NCBI GenBank assembly: GCA_964628605.1
Contig: CAZVOU010000125.1
Location: 68,120-132,119 of the forward strand
Direction of reading: 5' to 3'
DNA length: 64,000 nucleotides
Source: an uncultured Syntrophaceae bacterium
GTDB lineage: Bacteria; Desulfobacterota; Desulfomonilia; Desulfomonilales; Desulfomonilaceae
Below the pieces are notes generated by a model. That model saw only the letters and a list, made by a program, of their open reading frames with translations. It had not been told where the DNA came from and searched no databases. A program made the translations under genes and the position numbers. Each line of letters begins with the position of its first letter. The stretch's first letter is position 1. Shown here piece after piece: positions 28,699 through 37,778 of this stretch.

Positions 28699-29334
28699 TC
28701 AGCGGCGCTTCCCCACAGATATTTTGGGGCACAGATCGTCAATGACACATTTAGAACAAAAGGGTGAGATCGGCTTGCATACATTTTGTCCATAGGTGAC
28801 CAGAAGATCGTTGTACTCCACCCAGTATTTTTGAGGAAGTTTAGCTCTTAAAGCCATTTCAGTCTGGTCTGGCGTTTTTGTTTGAACATAACCGAGCCTG
28901 TTGCTTATCCTGTGAACATGAATGTCCACACACAATCCTAATTTTCCATGCCCCAGGGTCACCACCAGATTTGCCGTCTTACGGCCCACGCCTTTTAGTT
29001 TCAACAATTCATCAATTTCATCGGGGACCTTGCCATCATACTTGGTCATGATTTCCGAGGAAATGTGTTTCAGGGTTTTGGCCTTTGTCTTGTAAAACCC
29101 TACCGGATATATCAAATCCTCAATTTGTTTTTCCGTGAGCGACAATAATCCCACTGGGTCCTGGATTCTGGAAAACAGTTTTCCGGAGGCCGCACGGGTT
29201 GTTTCATCCTTGGTTCTCAGAGACAATATTGTAGAGACCAGCACCTCGTAGGGAGCCCGGCGCTTCCTCGATATTTCCGTTACTATCGGTAAACCGAGCC
29301 CTTCACACGCCTTTCTAAGCTTTTCAACCACCAC
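28699..29334 (-). CDS. nth: endonuclease III
   Basis: HhH-GPD motif (LLKLKGVGRKTANLV) and a C-terminal 4Fe-4S loop C-x6-C-x2-C-x5-C (CKPISPFCSKCVIDDLC). GTG start. Confidence 0.85.
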   Translation of the reverse strand: MVVEKLRKACEGLGLPIVTEISRKRRAPYEVLVSTILSLRTKDETTRAASGKLFSRIQDPVGLLSLTEKQIEDLIYPVGFYKTKAKTLKHISSEIMTKYDGKVPDEIDELLKLKGVGRKTANLVVTLGHGKLGLCVDIHVHRISNRLGYVQTKTPDQTEMALRAKLPQKYWVEYNDLLVTYGQNVCKPISPFCSKCVIDDLCPKISVGKRR

Positions 29335-29405
29335 ATCAATGTCTAAAGAATTTAAAGTAATGATGACCTCCCATGGCTGGATTCATTTTTTATTCTGGAC
29401 AGGAG

Positions 29406-30398
29406 TCAATAATTCAATCCAACCTTGTTTCTGACGTCAGTGAGCGTGACTGACGCAACAGCTCGAGCTTTCTCAGCGCCTTTTTTTAGAACATCCCTGA
29501 TATAGCCGGGATCCCTTGACAGGCGCAGTTTCTCTTCCCTGTTCTCTTTGAAATAGTCCCAGAGAATACCTACCAACTCCTTTTTAAGTGTGCCATAACC
29601 GGCGCCACCCTCGAGGTACAATTTTTTTACTTCCTGCACCCTGCTGTCTGGCGCAAAATGGCGGTATATCTGGAACAAATTACAGGTTTCCGGATTTTTT
29701 GGCTCCTCGACGGGAGTCGAGTCGGTCTTTATGCCCATGACCTTCTTTTTGAGGGTCTTCTCATCGAGAAAAATTTCTATGGTGTTGTCGTAGGATTTGG
29801 ACATCTTCTGCCCGTCCACCCCGGGCACTGTGGCAACTTCATCGTTGATTTCGCCTTCAGGGACAACAAAGGTTTCGCCAAACATGTTGTTGAATTTGAT
29901 GGCAATGTCTCGGGTAACTTCTATATGCTGTTTCTGGTCTTTTCCAACAGGGACTATATTAGCCTGATACAGGAGGATGTCAGCCGCCATTAAGACGGGG
30001 TATGCGAACAGACCATGGTTGGGAGATATTCCCTTGGCTATTTTATCCTTGTATGAGTGGCACCTCTCCAGCAACCCCATTGGAGTGTTGCAGGTCAAAA
30101 TCCAGGTAAGTTCGGTAACTTCCGGAACATCCGACTGAACCCAGAAAAAACACTTGTTGGGATCCAAACCCAGGGCAAGAAAGTCCGAGGCCACATCCAG
30201 CGTTCCTTCAGCCAGTCTTTTACCGTCTGAAACACTAGTCATGGCATGATAATTGACTATGAAAACATATAACTCTGAACGATCCATGTAGGATATCATG
30301 GGCTTCATCATGGCCAGATAGTTGCCCAAATGAAGTGAACCACTAGGTTGAATGCCCGACAATATTTTCAAATCCTTGTCCCCTTTCCATGAGGTCAC
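29406..30398 (-). CDS. trpS: tryptophanyl-tRNA synthetase
   Basis: LSGIQPSGSLHLGNY (HIGH-type) and KMSKS motifs. The track start is GTG 30398 without an SD. TTG 30371 (giving MKILSGIQPSG) preceded by AAGGGGA is a plausible true start. Confidence 0.93.
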   Translation of the reverse strand: MTSWKGDKDLKILSGIQPSGSLHLGNYLAMMKPMISYMDRSELYVFIVNYHAMTSVSDGKRLAEGTLDVASDFLALGLDPNKCFFWVQSDVPEVTELTWILTCNTPMGLLERCHSYKDKIAKGISPNHGLFAYPVLMAADILLYQANIVPVGKDQKQHIEVTRDIAIKFNNMFGETFVVPEGEINDEVATVPGVDGQKMSKSYDNTIEIFLDEKTLKKKVMGIKTDSTPVEEPKNPETCNLFQIYRHFAPDSRVQEVKKLYLEGGAGYGTLKKELVGILWDYFKENREEKLRLSRDPGYIRDVLKKGAEKARAVASVTLTDVRNKVGLNY

Positions 30399-30636
30399 GG
30401 TCCAGTAATAGATTTCAGAATTTCGCCATGACCCAAATTTGGATCTAAGTCCAAAACCAAGCCAGAATACTTTTTATTGTAAACGCTAATAAATACAATA
30501 GGACGGTTCTCCAGGTCAACGCGCAATTCATTCAACAATGTCATCAACATCCAGATTTCGCGATTTAATGTGGACATACATTAATTAAAAAGCTATAACG
30601 CGTTGCCTGTGGAACAGCAAGAAAGAGTCTAATGAG

Positions 30637-31239
30637 GTGAATGCGAATTTGAATATAGTCAGACGTTTATATGATTGGGTTCTATCCTGGGCTCACAGTA
30701 AATATGGTGTTCCGGCCCTGTTTGTATTGTCCTTTGCAGAATCATCCTTTTTTCCGATACCCCCTGATGTGCTTTTGATGGCGCTCGCCATCTCAAGGCC
30801 CAAGAAATCCTTTTACTACGCGTTTGTCTGTACGGTTGCCTCGGTTTTGGGTGGAATGTTCGGTTACTTGATCGGAATGGAATTCATTGATGTCGTTGGT
30901 TATAAAATAATAGATTTTTACAACCTACAGCATGAATATGACGTTGTGGGCAAATTGTACGAACAGAACGCATTTTGGGCCGTGTTCACAGCAGGTCTGA
31001 CTCCCATTCCCTACAAGTTGTTCACAATAGCAGGCGGCGCTTTCAAAATCGATTTCATCGTATTTATGACTGCCTCCGTATTTGGAAGAGCATCCCGTTT
31101 CTTCATGGTTGCGGCTCTTATCTATTTTTTTGGGCCTCCAATCAGAACTTTTATAGACAAATATTTCAATCTCATGGTTGTGGTATTCACCATACTCCTG
31201 ATAGGCGGTTTTTTAGTGATCAAATATTTGATCAGGTAA
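30637..31239 (+). CDS. YqaA/DedA-superfamily membrane protein
   Basis: 200 aa with the SFAESSFFPIPPDVLL motif typical of YqaA-like DedA proteins and multiple TM helices. Confidence 0.75.
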   Translation: MNANLNIVRRLYDWVLSWAHSKYGVPALFVLSFAESSFFPIPPDVLLMALAISRPKKSFYYAFVCTVASVLGGMFGYLIGMEFIDVVGYKIIDFYNLQHEYDVVGKLYEQNAFWAVFTAGLTPIPYKLFTIAGGAFKIDFIVFMTASVFGRASRFFMVAALIYFFGPPIRTFIDKYFNLMVVVFTILLIGGFLVIKYLIR

Positions 31240-31273
31240 TAGGCTGATCCAGACGAAGGGAGTTAAAGAAAAA

Positions 31274-31591
31274 ATGTATTTACCCGATATTTTCAAAACT
31301 TTTTTGGCAAAACATGGCGAGATAGCCGAAGCTTACCAGAAAGCCGGAACTCTTTGTTCAAAATCAGGGCCGATTGATGAGAAACAACAGCACCTTATCC
31401 AACTTGGCGTGGCTGTTGGAGTTGGGTCCAAGGGTGGAGTCAAGTCTCATGCCAGAAGAGCAAAAGATTTGGGCGCCACAGATCAGGAGGTATTGCAGGC
31501 TGTTTTACTTGCCGCTCCTATCATTGGCTTTCCATCCATGATGGCCTCTTACGGATGGGTAACAGAAACTCTCACCCTGGAAAAAGATTGA
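31274..31591 (+). CDS. carboxymuconolactone decarboxylase (AhpD-like) family protein
   Basis: 105 aa. The helical CMD-type region QHLIQLGVAVGVGSKGGVKSHARRAKDLGATDQEV. Confidence 0.65.
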   Translation: MYLPDIFKTFLAKHGEIAEAYQKAGTLCSKSGPIDEKQQHLIQLGVAVGVGSKGGVKSHARRAKDLGATDQEVLQAVLLAAPIIGFPSMMASYGWVTETLTLEKD

Positions 31592-31636
31592 GGCGTTAAC
31601 CAATTTCAGACTTCGGGCCGCTGATTTGGACACATT

Positions 31637-32413
31637 TTAGCGGCCTGTCCACTCAGGTTTCTTCTTTTGAAGAAAACAAGAAATGCCATGTTGTGCGTCA
31701 TCGGCCATCAAATTGAGGGTAATCACGTTGTTTGCATACTGATACGCATCGCGCAGCCCCATGTCGATCTGGTCATAGAAAGCTTTTTTTCCAATTGCCA
31801 GAGTTAGCGGACTAGCTTCACATATTGAGTTAGCCATTTCCAAAGTTGCTTTTTCCAGCTCAGACTCCTCGACTACCTTGTTCAAAAGGCCGTGTTGCAG
31901 GGCTTCCTGAGCGCTGATCAACCTGCCGGTCATCAACATTTCCATTGCTAGTTTCCTACCAACGGCTCTAGTCAGAGCAACCATCGGCGTGGTGCAAAAC
32001 AGGCCTATCTTCACTCCGGGAGTCCCAAACCTGGCAGTGGTGTCTCCAACAGCCAGGTCACATTGGGCTACAAACTGGCAACCGGCCGCAGTGGCCACAC
32101 CATGAACCTGGGCTATTACTATCTGCGGTATGTCGTGGATTAATTGCATCATCCTGGAACATGATTCGAAAATCGATTTGTAGGACGATAAATTTCCTCC
32201 TGTCATCTCAGTTAAATTGTGGCCTGAGCAAAAATGCTTTCCAGTGGACCTTACAATTATCGCTTTAACCGATGTATCGTTTTTATATTCGTGAAACGCG
32301 TGACTCAGTTCAGCTATCATGTTCCGAGACAAAGCGTTGATGGTCATGGGAGAATTAAGAGTTATGATTCCGGTTTCACCGCTGGTTTCCACCAAAATGT
32401 CCTTGTAATTCAT
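31637..32413 (-). CDS. enoyl-CoA hydratase/isomerase (crotonase) family protein
   Basis: 258 aa with a crotonase-fold pattern (ITLNSPMTINALS, FCSGHNL, oxyanion-hole region GVATAAGCQ). Confidence 0.88.
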   Translation of the reverse strand: MNYKDILVETSGETGIITLNSPMTINALSRNMIAELSHAFHEYKNDTSVKAIIVRSTGKHFCSGHNLTEMTGGNLSSYKSIFESCSRMMQLIHDIPQIVIAQVHGVATAAGCQFVAQCDLAVGDTTARFGTPGVKIGLFCTTPMVALTRAVGRKLAMEMLMTGRLISAQEALQHGLLNKVVEESELEKATLEMANSICEASPLTLAIGKKAFYDQIDMGLRDAYQYANNVITLNLMADDAQHGISCFLQKKKPEWTGR

Positions 32414-32525
32414 GGTCTTTTCTCCTTAGGTTTGTTTATTGAGTATTCTATTTCGAGGGGCAACCTCAACTCATTCAACGAAAAACTTTCTGGATTTTTG
32501 TGAAAAACAGGTTATAGAAACGTTC

Positions 32526-33368
32526 ATGACACTCGATACCAGGTTATTTTCATTTCACGGAAAAGACTTACCTAAAACAGAGTCGGATAACACTACCCAT
32601 CACTGGGGTCCGATCGCTGCCCGGATTCCCACAGCCTTATCTCGATTAATCACAATTCTTTTAGTTATGCTTTCGCTTCATCTGACTAACTCCTCAGGAT
32701 GGACGACAGTTGACGCCAACTTTCAAAATAGCGATTCCAACCTCAGCAAGGGTCGACAGGAATTTGAAAAAGGCAGTTACGCTGCTGCGATAAAAACATT
32801 GACCGATTCCATTAAAGCTAATCCGGGTATGGCCGAAGCATATTTTTTCAGGGCAAAATCTTTGGACATGCTCGGTCAACCAATGCGCGCTCTCAAAGAT
32901 CTCGCAAAATATATAGAACTCAAACCCCAAGACCCAAAAGGTCACATACTGAAAGGCGATGTCAACAACTTCAATATGGATCACCGCGAGGCTATTGAAT
33001 GTTACAGCCATGCCCTCAGACTGGATTCCAGGTCTGTTAATGCGAGGTTAGGCAGAGGGTTGGCCTACGCCGCCCTTGAGAGATATGACCTCGCCATCAA
33101 AGATTATGAGGATGTGCTCAAGGAAAACCGTCTCCACCATGAAGCTCTGACCAATCTGGGCGTGGCCCTGGCTTTGTCCGGAAAGCCTGATGATGCCCTC
33201 AAGAAACTAACGGAGGCCCTGGCTTTGGAAAGAGACCTCGAATGGAGGTCGCGACTGAATAAAATGATCGATGAAATTGCTCAGTCCCAAGCCAAAGAAA
33301 ATATTAAAAAAATGAACAGATCCCCTTTCAGTCAAACCCCAAAGCCACTATTGGAAAAACCTTGGTAG
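32526..33368 (+). CDS. membrane-anchored TPR-repeat protein
   Basis: Several TPR units (AEAYFFRAKSLDMLGQPMRALKDLAKYIELKP; ARLGRGLAYAALERYDLAIKDYEDVLK). A TM anchor (LSRLITILLVMLSLHL). Start set to ATG 32526 because track start 32439 leaves only 25 nt to the divergent gene. Confidence 0.72.
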   Translation: MTLDTRLFSFHGKDLPKTESDNTTHHWGPIAARIPTALSRLITILLVMLSLHLTNSSGWTTVDANFQNSDSNLSKGRQEFEKGSYAAAIKTLTDSIKANPGMAEAYFFRAKSLDMLGQPMRALKDLAKYIELKPQDPKGHILKGDVNNFNMDHREAIECYSHALRLDSRSVNARLGRGLAYAALERYDLAIKDYEDVLKENRLHHEALTNLGVALALSGKPDDALKKLTEALALERDLEWRSRLNKMIDEIAQSQAKENIKKMNRSPFSQTPKPLLEKPW

Positions 33369-33387
33369 CTCCCAAACACACGGTGTA

Positions 33388-34725
33388 TCAGGAACCACTG
33401 ACCGATATTGTCTCGCAAAGCAAACTACTCGATCCCACATTCCCAAAGAATCTGAAATCATTACCTATCTCAATTATGTGGGCGAACAGTTCCAAAAGAT
33501 TTCCTGCTATCGCTATGCCTTTTACCGGATGGGCAATCGCCCCGCCGGATATTGCGAAGCCGGAAGCTCCGACTGAAAAATCACCGCTAACAGGATTTGC
33601 AGTGTGAAGACCCATGACCTCGGTCACCAAAATACCTTTTGTCATTCCGGCAATCATTTCCTCAACGGACAATTCACCGGGTTCAACATAAAAATTGGTG
33701 ATCCCACTGGAAGGCGGAGTCTCAAACCCGGCGCGTCGACTGTTTCCGGTGGATGGATGAGAGAATTTCGTTCCATAGTATCGGTCATAAAGCCATGAAC
33801 TTACAACACCGCCGTCCACGACAATTGTTTTTTGCGTAGGAACTCCCTCTCCGTCAAATCCGAAAGCCAGTTCGCCGCGTTCTTCAGTTCCGTCGTCAAT
33901 AATTCGCAAATTTTCAGAAAACAGCTTCTCCCCTTTCACCACTCGGGGAGACGCCGTCTTCTTGAAATGATTTTCCGCCACAAATGAATTTGAAATTACA
34001 CCGAGTATACCGGCCGCAGTGTCATTTTCAAATATTACCGGCATCTTGCCGGAAGCCACTGTTTTTCCGCCCAAGGCTTTTATGGCTCGCATCGCCGCTG
34101 TCCGAGCTATATCTGCAGGCGCCAGCCTTTCCGGATTCCTGTTTTGATCATACCAATAAGAAGTCTCCTGTTCTCCGGACTCTTCGGCCATCAATTCCAC
34201 CCACGCTGAACAAATCCCGCAGCGATCAGCCACATCCAATCCCTCAGAGTTCATAAGCCGTGACTCTGTGACTGAGTCTATATAACCACTTGATCTGGCT
34301 ATGGAGATTCTCTTGTCCGATGCGTAAGCTTCTTTCTCTATTGTGCGGGCAATATTAATTTTATCCTTCTCTGGTATCGCCACCAGCATTTCATCAAATA
34401 ACCCATGGTTTCTGGTATAGACCATATTCCCACTGGTAAAACTGGCTGAGTCATCAGTTGGCATGACAGATGCCATCTCGACGGCGTTCTCAATAGTCTT
34501 TTCAACATCATACGGGTCCGAAGAAGAACAAAATGAAAATCCGGATTTCCCGTCCTTGATAATCCTGACTGACAATCCTTTCAGACTGGATCTCTGAAGG
34601 GAGTCCACAATTGATTCTTTGACTTCAACCCTGAAGCTTCTGGATACTGTAAAAAAAAGCTCCCAAGAATCTACGGACTGTTTTGACATAAATGCTTTTG
34701 CGGCGTCTAGAACCTCGGGCATCAT
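33388..34725 (-). CDS. TldD/PmbA family metalloprotease
   Basis: 445 aa with the PmbA/TldD C-terminal pattern (GGVVSSWLYD, FYVEPGE, GILVTEVMGLHTANPVSGDFSVGASG). No partner TldD/PmbA gene is adjacent. Confidence 0.85.
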   Translation of the reverse strand: MMPEVLDAAKAFMSKQSVDSWELFFTVSRSFRVEVKESIVDSLQRSSLKGLSVRIIKDGKSGFSFCSSSDPYDVEKTIENAVEMASVMPTDDSASFTSGNMVYTRNHGLFDEMLVAIPEKDKINIARTIEKEAYASDKRISIARSSGYIDSVTESRLMNSEGLDVADRCGICSAWVELMAEESGEQETSYWYDQNRNPERLAPADIARTAAMRAIKALGGKTVASGKMPVIFENDTAAGILGVISNSFVAENHFKKTASPRVVKGEKLFSENLRIIDDGTEERGELAFGFDGEGVPTQKTIVVDGGVVSSWLYDRYYGTKFSHPSTGNSRRAGFETPPSSGITNFYVEPGELSVEEMIAGMTKGILVTEVMGLHTANPVSGDFSVGASGFAISGGAIAHPVKGIAIAGNLLELFAHIIEIGNDFRFFGNVGSSSLLCETISVSGS

Positions 34726-34852
34726 TTCTCCCTACCGGAAATCGTACTGAAAGTGACTCAACAATGCAGAAATCCGGGATTACAATTTTATTGTCCTGAA
34801 AAGTTTTTTATAAACCAGTTTTCATTAAACCAAAATAGCACAATGGCGGTAT

Positions 34853-34880
34853 TGACAGAAAAGTTTTTATAAATTAGTAT
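34853..34880 (+). promoter_or_regulatory. sigma-70-like promoter
   Basis: TTGACA (34853-58), 16-nt spacer, TAGTAT (34875-80), in the divergent region between the pmbA-like gene and the GNAT-fusion gene. Confidence 0.4.
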
Positions 34881-34898
34881 ATGTAATTGAGGTAAAAA

Positions 34899-34967
34899 AT
34901 GGTTAGCATCAACGAATCATCCCGATACTTTTACTTTAGCTACACGGGAGAGATCCGTCTGCGCTGA
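34899..34967 (+). CDS. candidate 22-aa leader peptide MVSINESSRYFYFSYTGEIRLR
   Basis: ATG 34899 with GAGG at 34889-92 (6-nt spacer) and TGA at 34965-67. Codons 10-15 are Tyr/Phe/Ser (YFYFSY). The ORF end overlaps a sequence complementary to the downstream terminator. Too short for the ORF track. Confidence 0.35.
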   Translation: MVSINESSRYFYFSYTGEIRLR

Positions 34968-34993
34968 CTGTAAATATTGCAATTGTTACGGAA

Positions 34994-35018
34994 GCGGAGC
35001 GCAGACTCCGCTTTTTTT
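34994..35018 (+). terminator. rho-independent terminator between the leader ORF and the GNAT-fusion gene
   Basis: GCGGAG-cgcaga-CTCCGC followed by TTTTTTT (35012-18), 55 nt upstream of the ATG at 35074. Confidence 0.6.
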
Positions 35019-35073
35019 GTGTCTTAATCCCTAAAAAAGAACCGGACTCACCTAAATTTTCCAGGTACTTAAA

Positions 35074-36651
35074 ATGAATGAACCAGCTATGGACATGTTC
35101 GAACCGGCTAGAGAGAGGTTAGGCGTTTCTGAAAAGTTGAGCCTTATAAATTTGATTAGTGACGGCTTTCGCCATGAAACGGACAACTCGTCGGTGTTTT
35201 CTGATCTTTTTCGCGAACTGGAACACCTGGTGAACCTTACGGTTTCCGGAGCCAAGGTGGACCGACTGGAAGCCACCTATTCCAAAAAAGGCTTCAAACA
35301 TCTTGAGATCAATGCAGAGTCCGGAGAAAACCTGGCCAGATTGAACATGCTGTACTTGAAAAAGCCTTTGCCATGTTACTACCTGGTATATGTAGAGGTC
35401 GCATCACCTTTCAGAAAAAAGGGATTAGGCAATCTGATCTTAAGAGAGTTTCGCAACTTTCTGGAAGAAAAATCGGCAGTTGGTGTCCTGGACAATATTA
35501 TCCCCAAGGACGACCCTACATTTGACATCTACCTCAAACTCGATTGGAAAACATTCTATGACCTGACCGGTTACAGCGAAAATGGACACTCTGAGACATA
35601 CATGGTCTACGTCCCGCATGCTTTCGCTGAAAAGGATATTCGGGATTCACTTGTAAAGCTGGTTCACCACCTGGTGAGAAAAAGACCGGCAATTGACATG
35701 CGGGATAACGAACTTATGGTCAAGAGGACTATAGAGGAATTTAAAGATCTTTATTCGGCTCTTTTAATGTATTTCGAGGAACAGATTGTAGAGGGCAGAA
35801 CGGACCCGGTCATGCGATTCATGTTCACCCGTTTTGTCACAAAGCTGTTGGGTTTCAGAAGACGAATATCCAAACTCCTGGGATACACCGGCGGAGAATC
35901 AATGGAGCAGATTCCACTCCATCCGGAGATACGCAACCTGAAGGCTCAATCTTACGCTCCTAAAGAGCTTAAGAGCAAACTGACTTTTCTCACAACGGAT
36001 AAAGAACTCTGGCTGACTCTGCCTGAGGCTCTAAAAAATCATCCAGCCCGATTTATTGAGGCCTTGAATAATTACCAAAGACCGTCACTTTCTTCATGGC
36101 TCAAGGCAAATGGGAGATCATCCGTTGAAAACTTGACTCTCGGCGATTTGATTGATCTTGGATTTGACCCAACTCGTCTCAAGGAATTGTCACTGGAAAA
36201 CCAATATTACATTTTTGAACGCGTTCAGGGACAAATGGTTGAAGTTACCGATCGTAAAATGGAGATTCTTGATCTGGTCCAGCCCAAAATAAGATCGTTA
36301 AGAATAAGAAATACCAGAGTCGGGGTAAATAAACCGTTGCTGGTTATAAAAGATGGTGGGAATGGCTACATCCTTCGCAGAAAAGTCGAAGGAATCCACT
36401 GGGAAGAAGCCATCGAACAATTGCAGACGTCTCCAGAATTAAAAGAATTAAATTCCAGTATGCGCCTGGACAGATTGATACAAAAACTCACTCGAAGGGC
36501 CTTTGAAAAAATACAGGATGTGATTGGAGGAGATATCAGTCAGGTAGTAGATCCTTCTGGTCTTTTCGTATCATGGGATATTCTTAATAATCGCCCCAAA
36601 CTAGTTGTTGATTTTGGAGGCGCATATTTCGAGAGCCTTTGGATTTCTTAA
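35074..36651 (+). CDS. uncharacterised protein with an N-terminal GNAT-like acetyltransferase domain and a roughly 330-aa unknown C-terminal region
   Basis: 525 aa. GNAT motif A-like segment YLVYVEVASPFRKKGLGNLILREFRNFL. I do not recognise the rest. Weak SD. Confidence 0.7.
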   Translation: MNEPAMDMFEPARERLGVSEKLSLINLISDGFRHETDNSSVFSDLFRELEHLVNLTVSGAKVDRLEATYSKKGFKHLEINAESGENLARLNMLYLKKPLPCYYLVYVEVASPFRKKGLGNLILREFRNFLEEKSAVGVLDNIIPKDDPTFDIYLKLDWKTFYDLTGYSENGHSETYMVYVPHAFAEKDIRDSLVKLVHHLVRKRPAIDMRDNELMVKRTIEEFKDLYSALLMYFEEQIVEGRTDPVMRFMFTRFVTKLLGFRRRISKLLGYTGGESMEQIPLHPEIRNLKAQSYAPKELKSKLTFLTTDKELWLTLPEALKNHPARFIEALNNYQRPSLSSWLKANGRSSVENLTLGDLIDLGFDPTRLKELSLENQYYIFERVQGQMVEVTDRKMEILDLVQPKIRSLRIRNTRVGVNKPLLVIKDGGNGYILRRKVEGIHWEEAIEQLQTSPELKELNSSMRLDRLIQKLTRRAFEKIQDVIGGDISQVVDPSGLFVSWDILNNRPKLVVDFGGAYFESLWIS

Positions 36652-36665
36652 CGGCGTGTTTATGT

Positions 36666-36694
36666 AAAAAAAAAGCCCGACCCATTAGTCGGAC
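36666..36694 (-). terminator. rho-independent terminator of the OMP gene at 36780-37778
   Basis: Minus-strand RNA reads GUCCGAC-uaaugg-GUCGGGC followed by U9. Its 3' arm and tail (GGTCGGGCTT...T-run) match the terminator at 9744-9774. Confidence 0.65.
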
Positions 36695-36779
36695 TTTGGA
36701 GGGTATTAAAATATTCAGGTCGGGCAATTAAACGGGGGAGGTAAGGGGACTAAAACCGGCTCGGCCTTTGAATCAAATG

Positions 36780-37778
36780 TTAGAATAAAAACCCGACTTG
36801 AACGAATGCGCCATCAAGGGTTGTATTGAGCGCATCCTGCTTTAAATCTTTCTGGAAGTAAGAGTATTTGTAACCACCCTTAACAAAACCGAAGCGGCCT
36901 GTCTTGATTGGTATCATGTAGTTAAGCGCTGTCTCGGCGTCAAACCCAAAACTGTCACTTAAGAATGCGACGTCGGCTTTGCAATTGAGCGCCAGTGTGT
37001 TGCCCCGCCAATTCTTCAGCGCTTTCTCAAATTCCAGTCCAACGACCGCCATGTTTCGGGTGTCATTCCATGTCAGGGTGTTTGTCGCCCCGATGGCGCT
37101 GCCCACGCTAAGCTTGTCCTGAATATACATCCATTCAGCAAACAGGTTGGTCCTGCTGCTGGAAGTGTTTATCAAATTCAATCCTACGCCGGCTCGATGC
37201 TCAAATCTTTCCCACCGTGAAAAAACCTGTGTCTGTGCTGCAAACAGTTGCCCCGCAAAACTGAACGCGCTGGCATTAGTTCCGGAACCGTCCATTTTTA
37301 TCGGTGTAAAAGAATACCTGAGTGAAAATTTTGGACGCAACTGATAAGCGGCTTCTACCGACCATATAATATTGCCGGTCCTTTTCAAACCCAAGTTATC
37401 GGTAAAATCGGCAGGACTGCCTGTGAAAGCGGCGCCAGCTATGCTGCGACGAGCCTCGCCCTGAATTCTCGCAAACCAGGCTCTGGGCCCTGCAACAAAC
37501 TGTCCCTGAACCGGAACCGGTAAAAGATTGTCCGGCGCCCAATTCATCGGATTTAACCTCGACATCCCGTCGAGTCCCCCCATGATTGAAGGCTTGACTT
37601 TCGTAGTTACTGGCTCCGCAGGCTTTACTTTTGATATCGTCTTATAACCCGAAGACGTATCCAACGAAGTCGCCAATTGGTCGTAACTCATTATGGCCGA
37701 CTCCCCAAAAGCTAGCGATGCAGACCCAATTAACAAAAAAGTCCACACAAACAACAACTTTGCACATCTTCTTAACAT
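36780..37778 (-). CDS. putative outer-membrane beta-barrel protein (paralog B)
   Basis: Start set to ATG 37778 (MLRRCAKLLFVWTFLLIGSASLAFG) with GGAGGG upstream. Ends ...GAFVQVGFLF. Shares LPVPVQGQ, FARIQG, DFTDNLGL, YQLRPKFSLRY, KGGYKY and a terminal GF-x-F with the ORF at 9956-11020. Confidence 0.7.
   Translation of the reverse strand: MLRRCAKLLFVWTFLLIGSASLAFGESAIMSYDQLATSLDTSSGYKTISKVKPAEPVTTKVKPSIMGGLDGMSRLNPMNWAPDNLLPVPVQGQFVAGPRAWFARIQGEARRSIAGAAFTGSPADFTDNLGLKRTGNIIWSVEAAYQLRPKFSLRYSFTPIKMDGSGTNASAFSFAGQLFAAQTQVFSRWERFEHRAGVGLNLINTSSSRTNLFAEWMYIQDKLSVGSAIGATNTLTWNDTRNMAVVGLEFEKALKNWRGNTLALNCKADVAFLSDSFGFDAETALNYMIPIKTGRFGFVKGGYKYSYFQKDLKQDALNTTLDGAFVQVGFLF

Noticed and set aside
30395-30577. 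A 60-aa minus-strand ORF overlapping the annotated trpS start.
   Set aside because: There is no SD upstream of its ATG and no recognisable features. The apparent coupling depends on the doubtful GTG 30398 start of trpS, and TTG 30371 is the more likely start. Kept only as a remote possibility.
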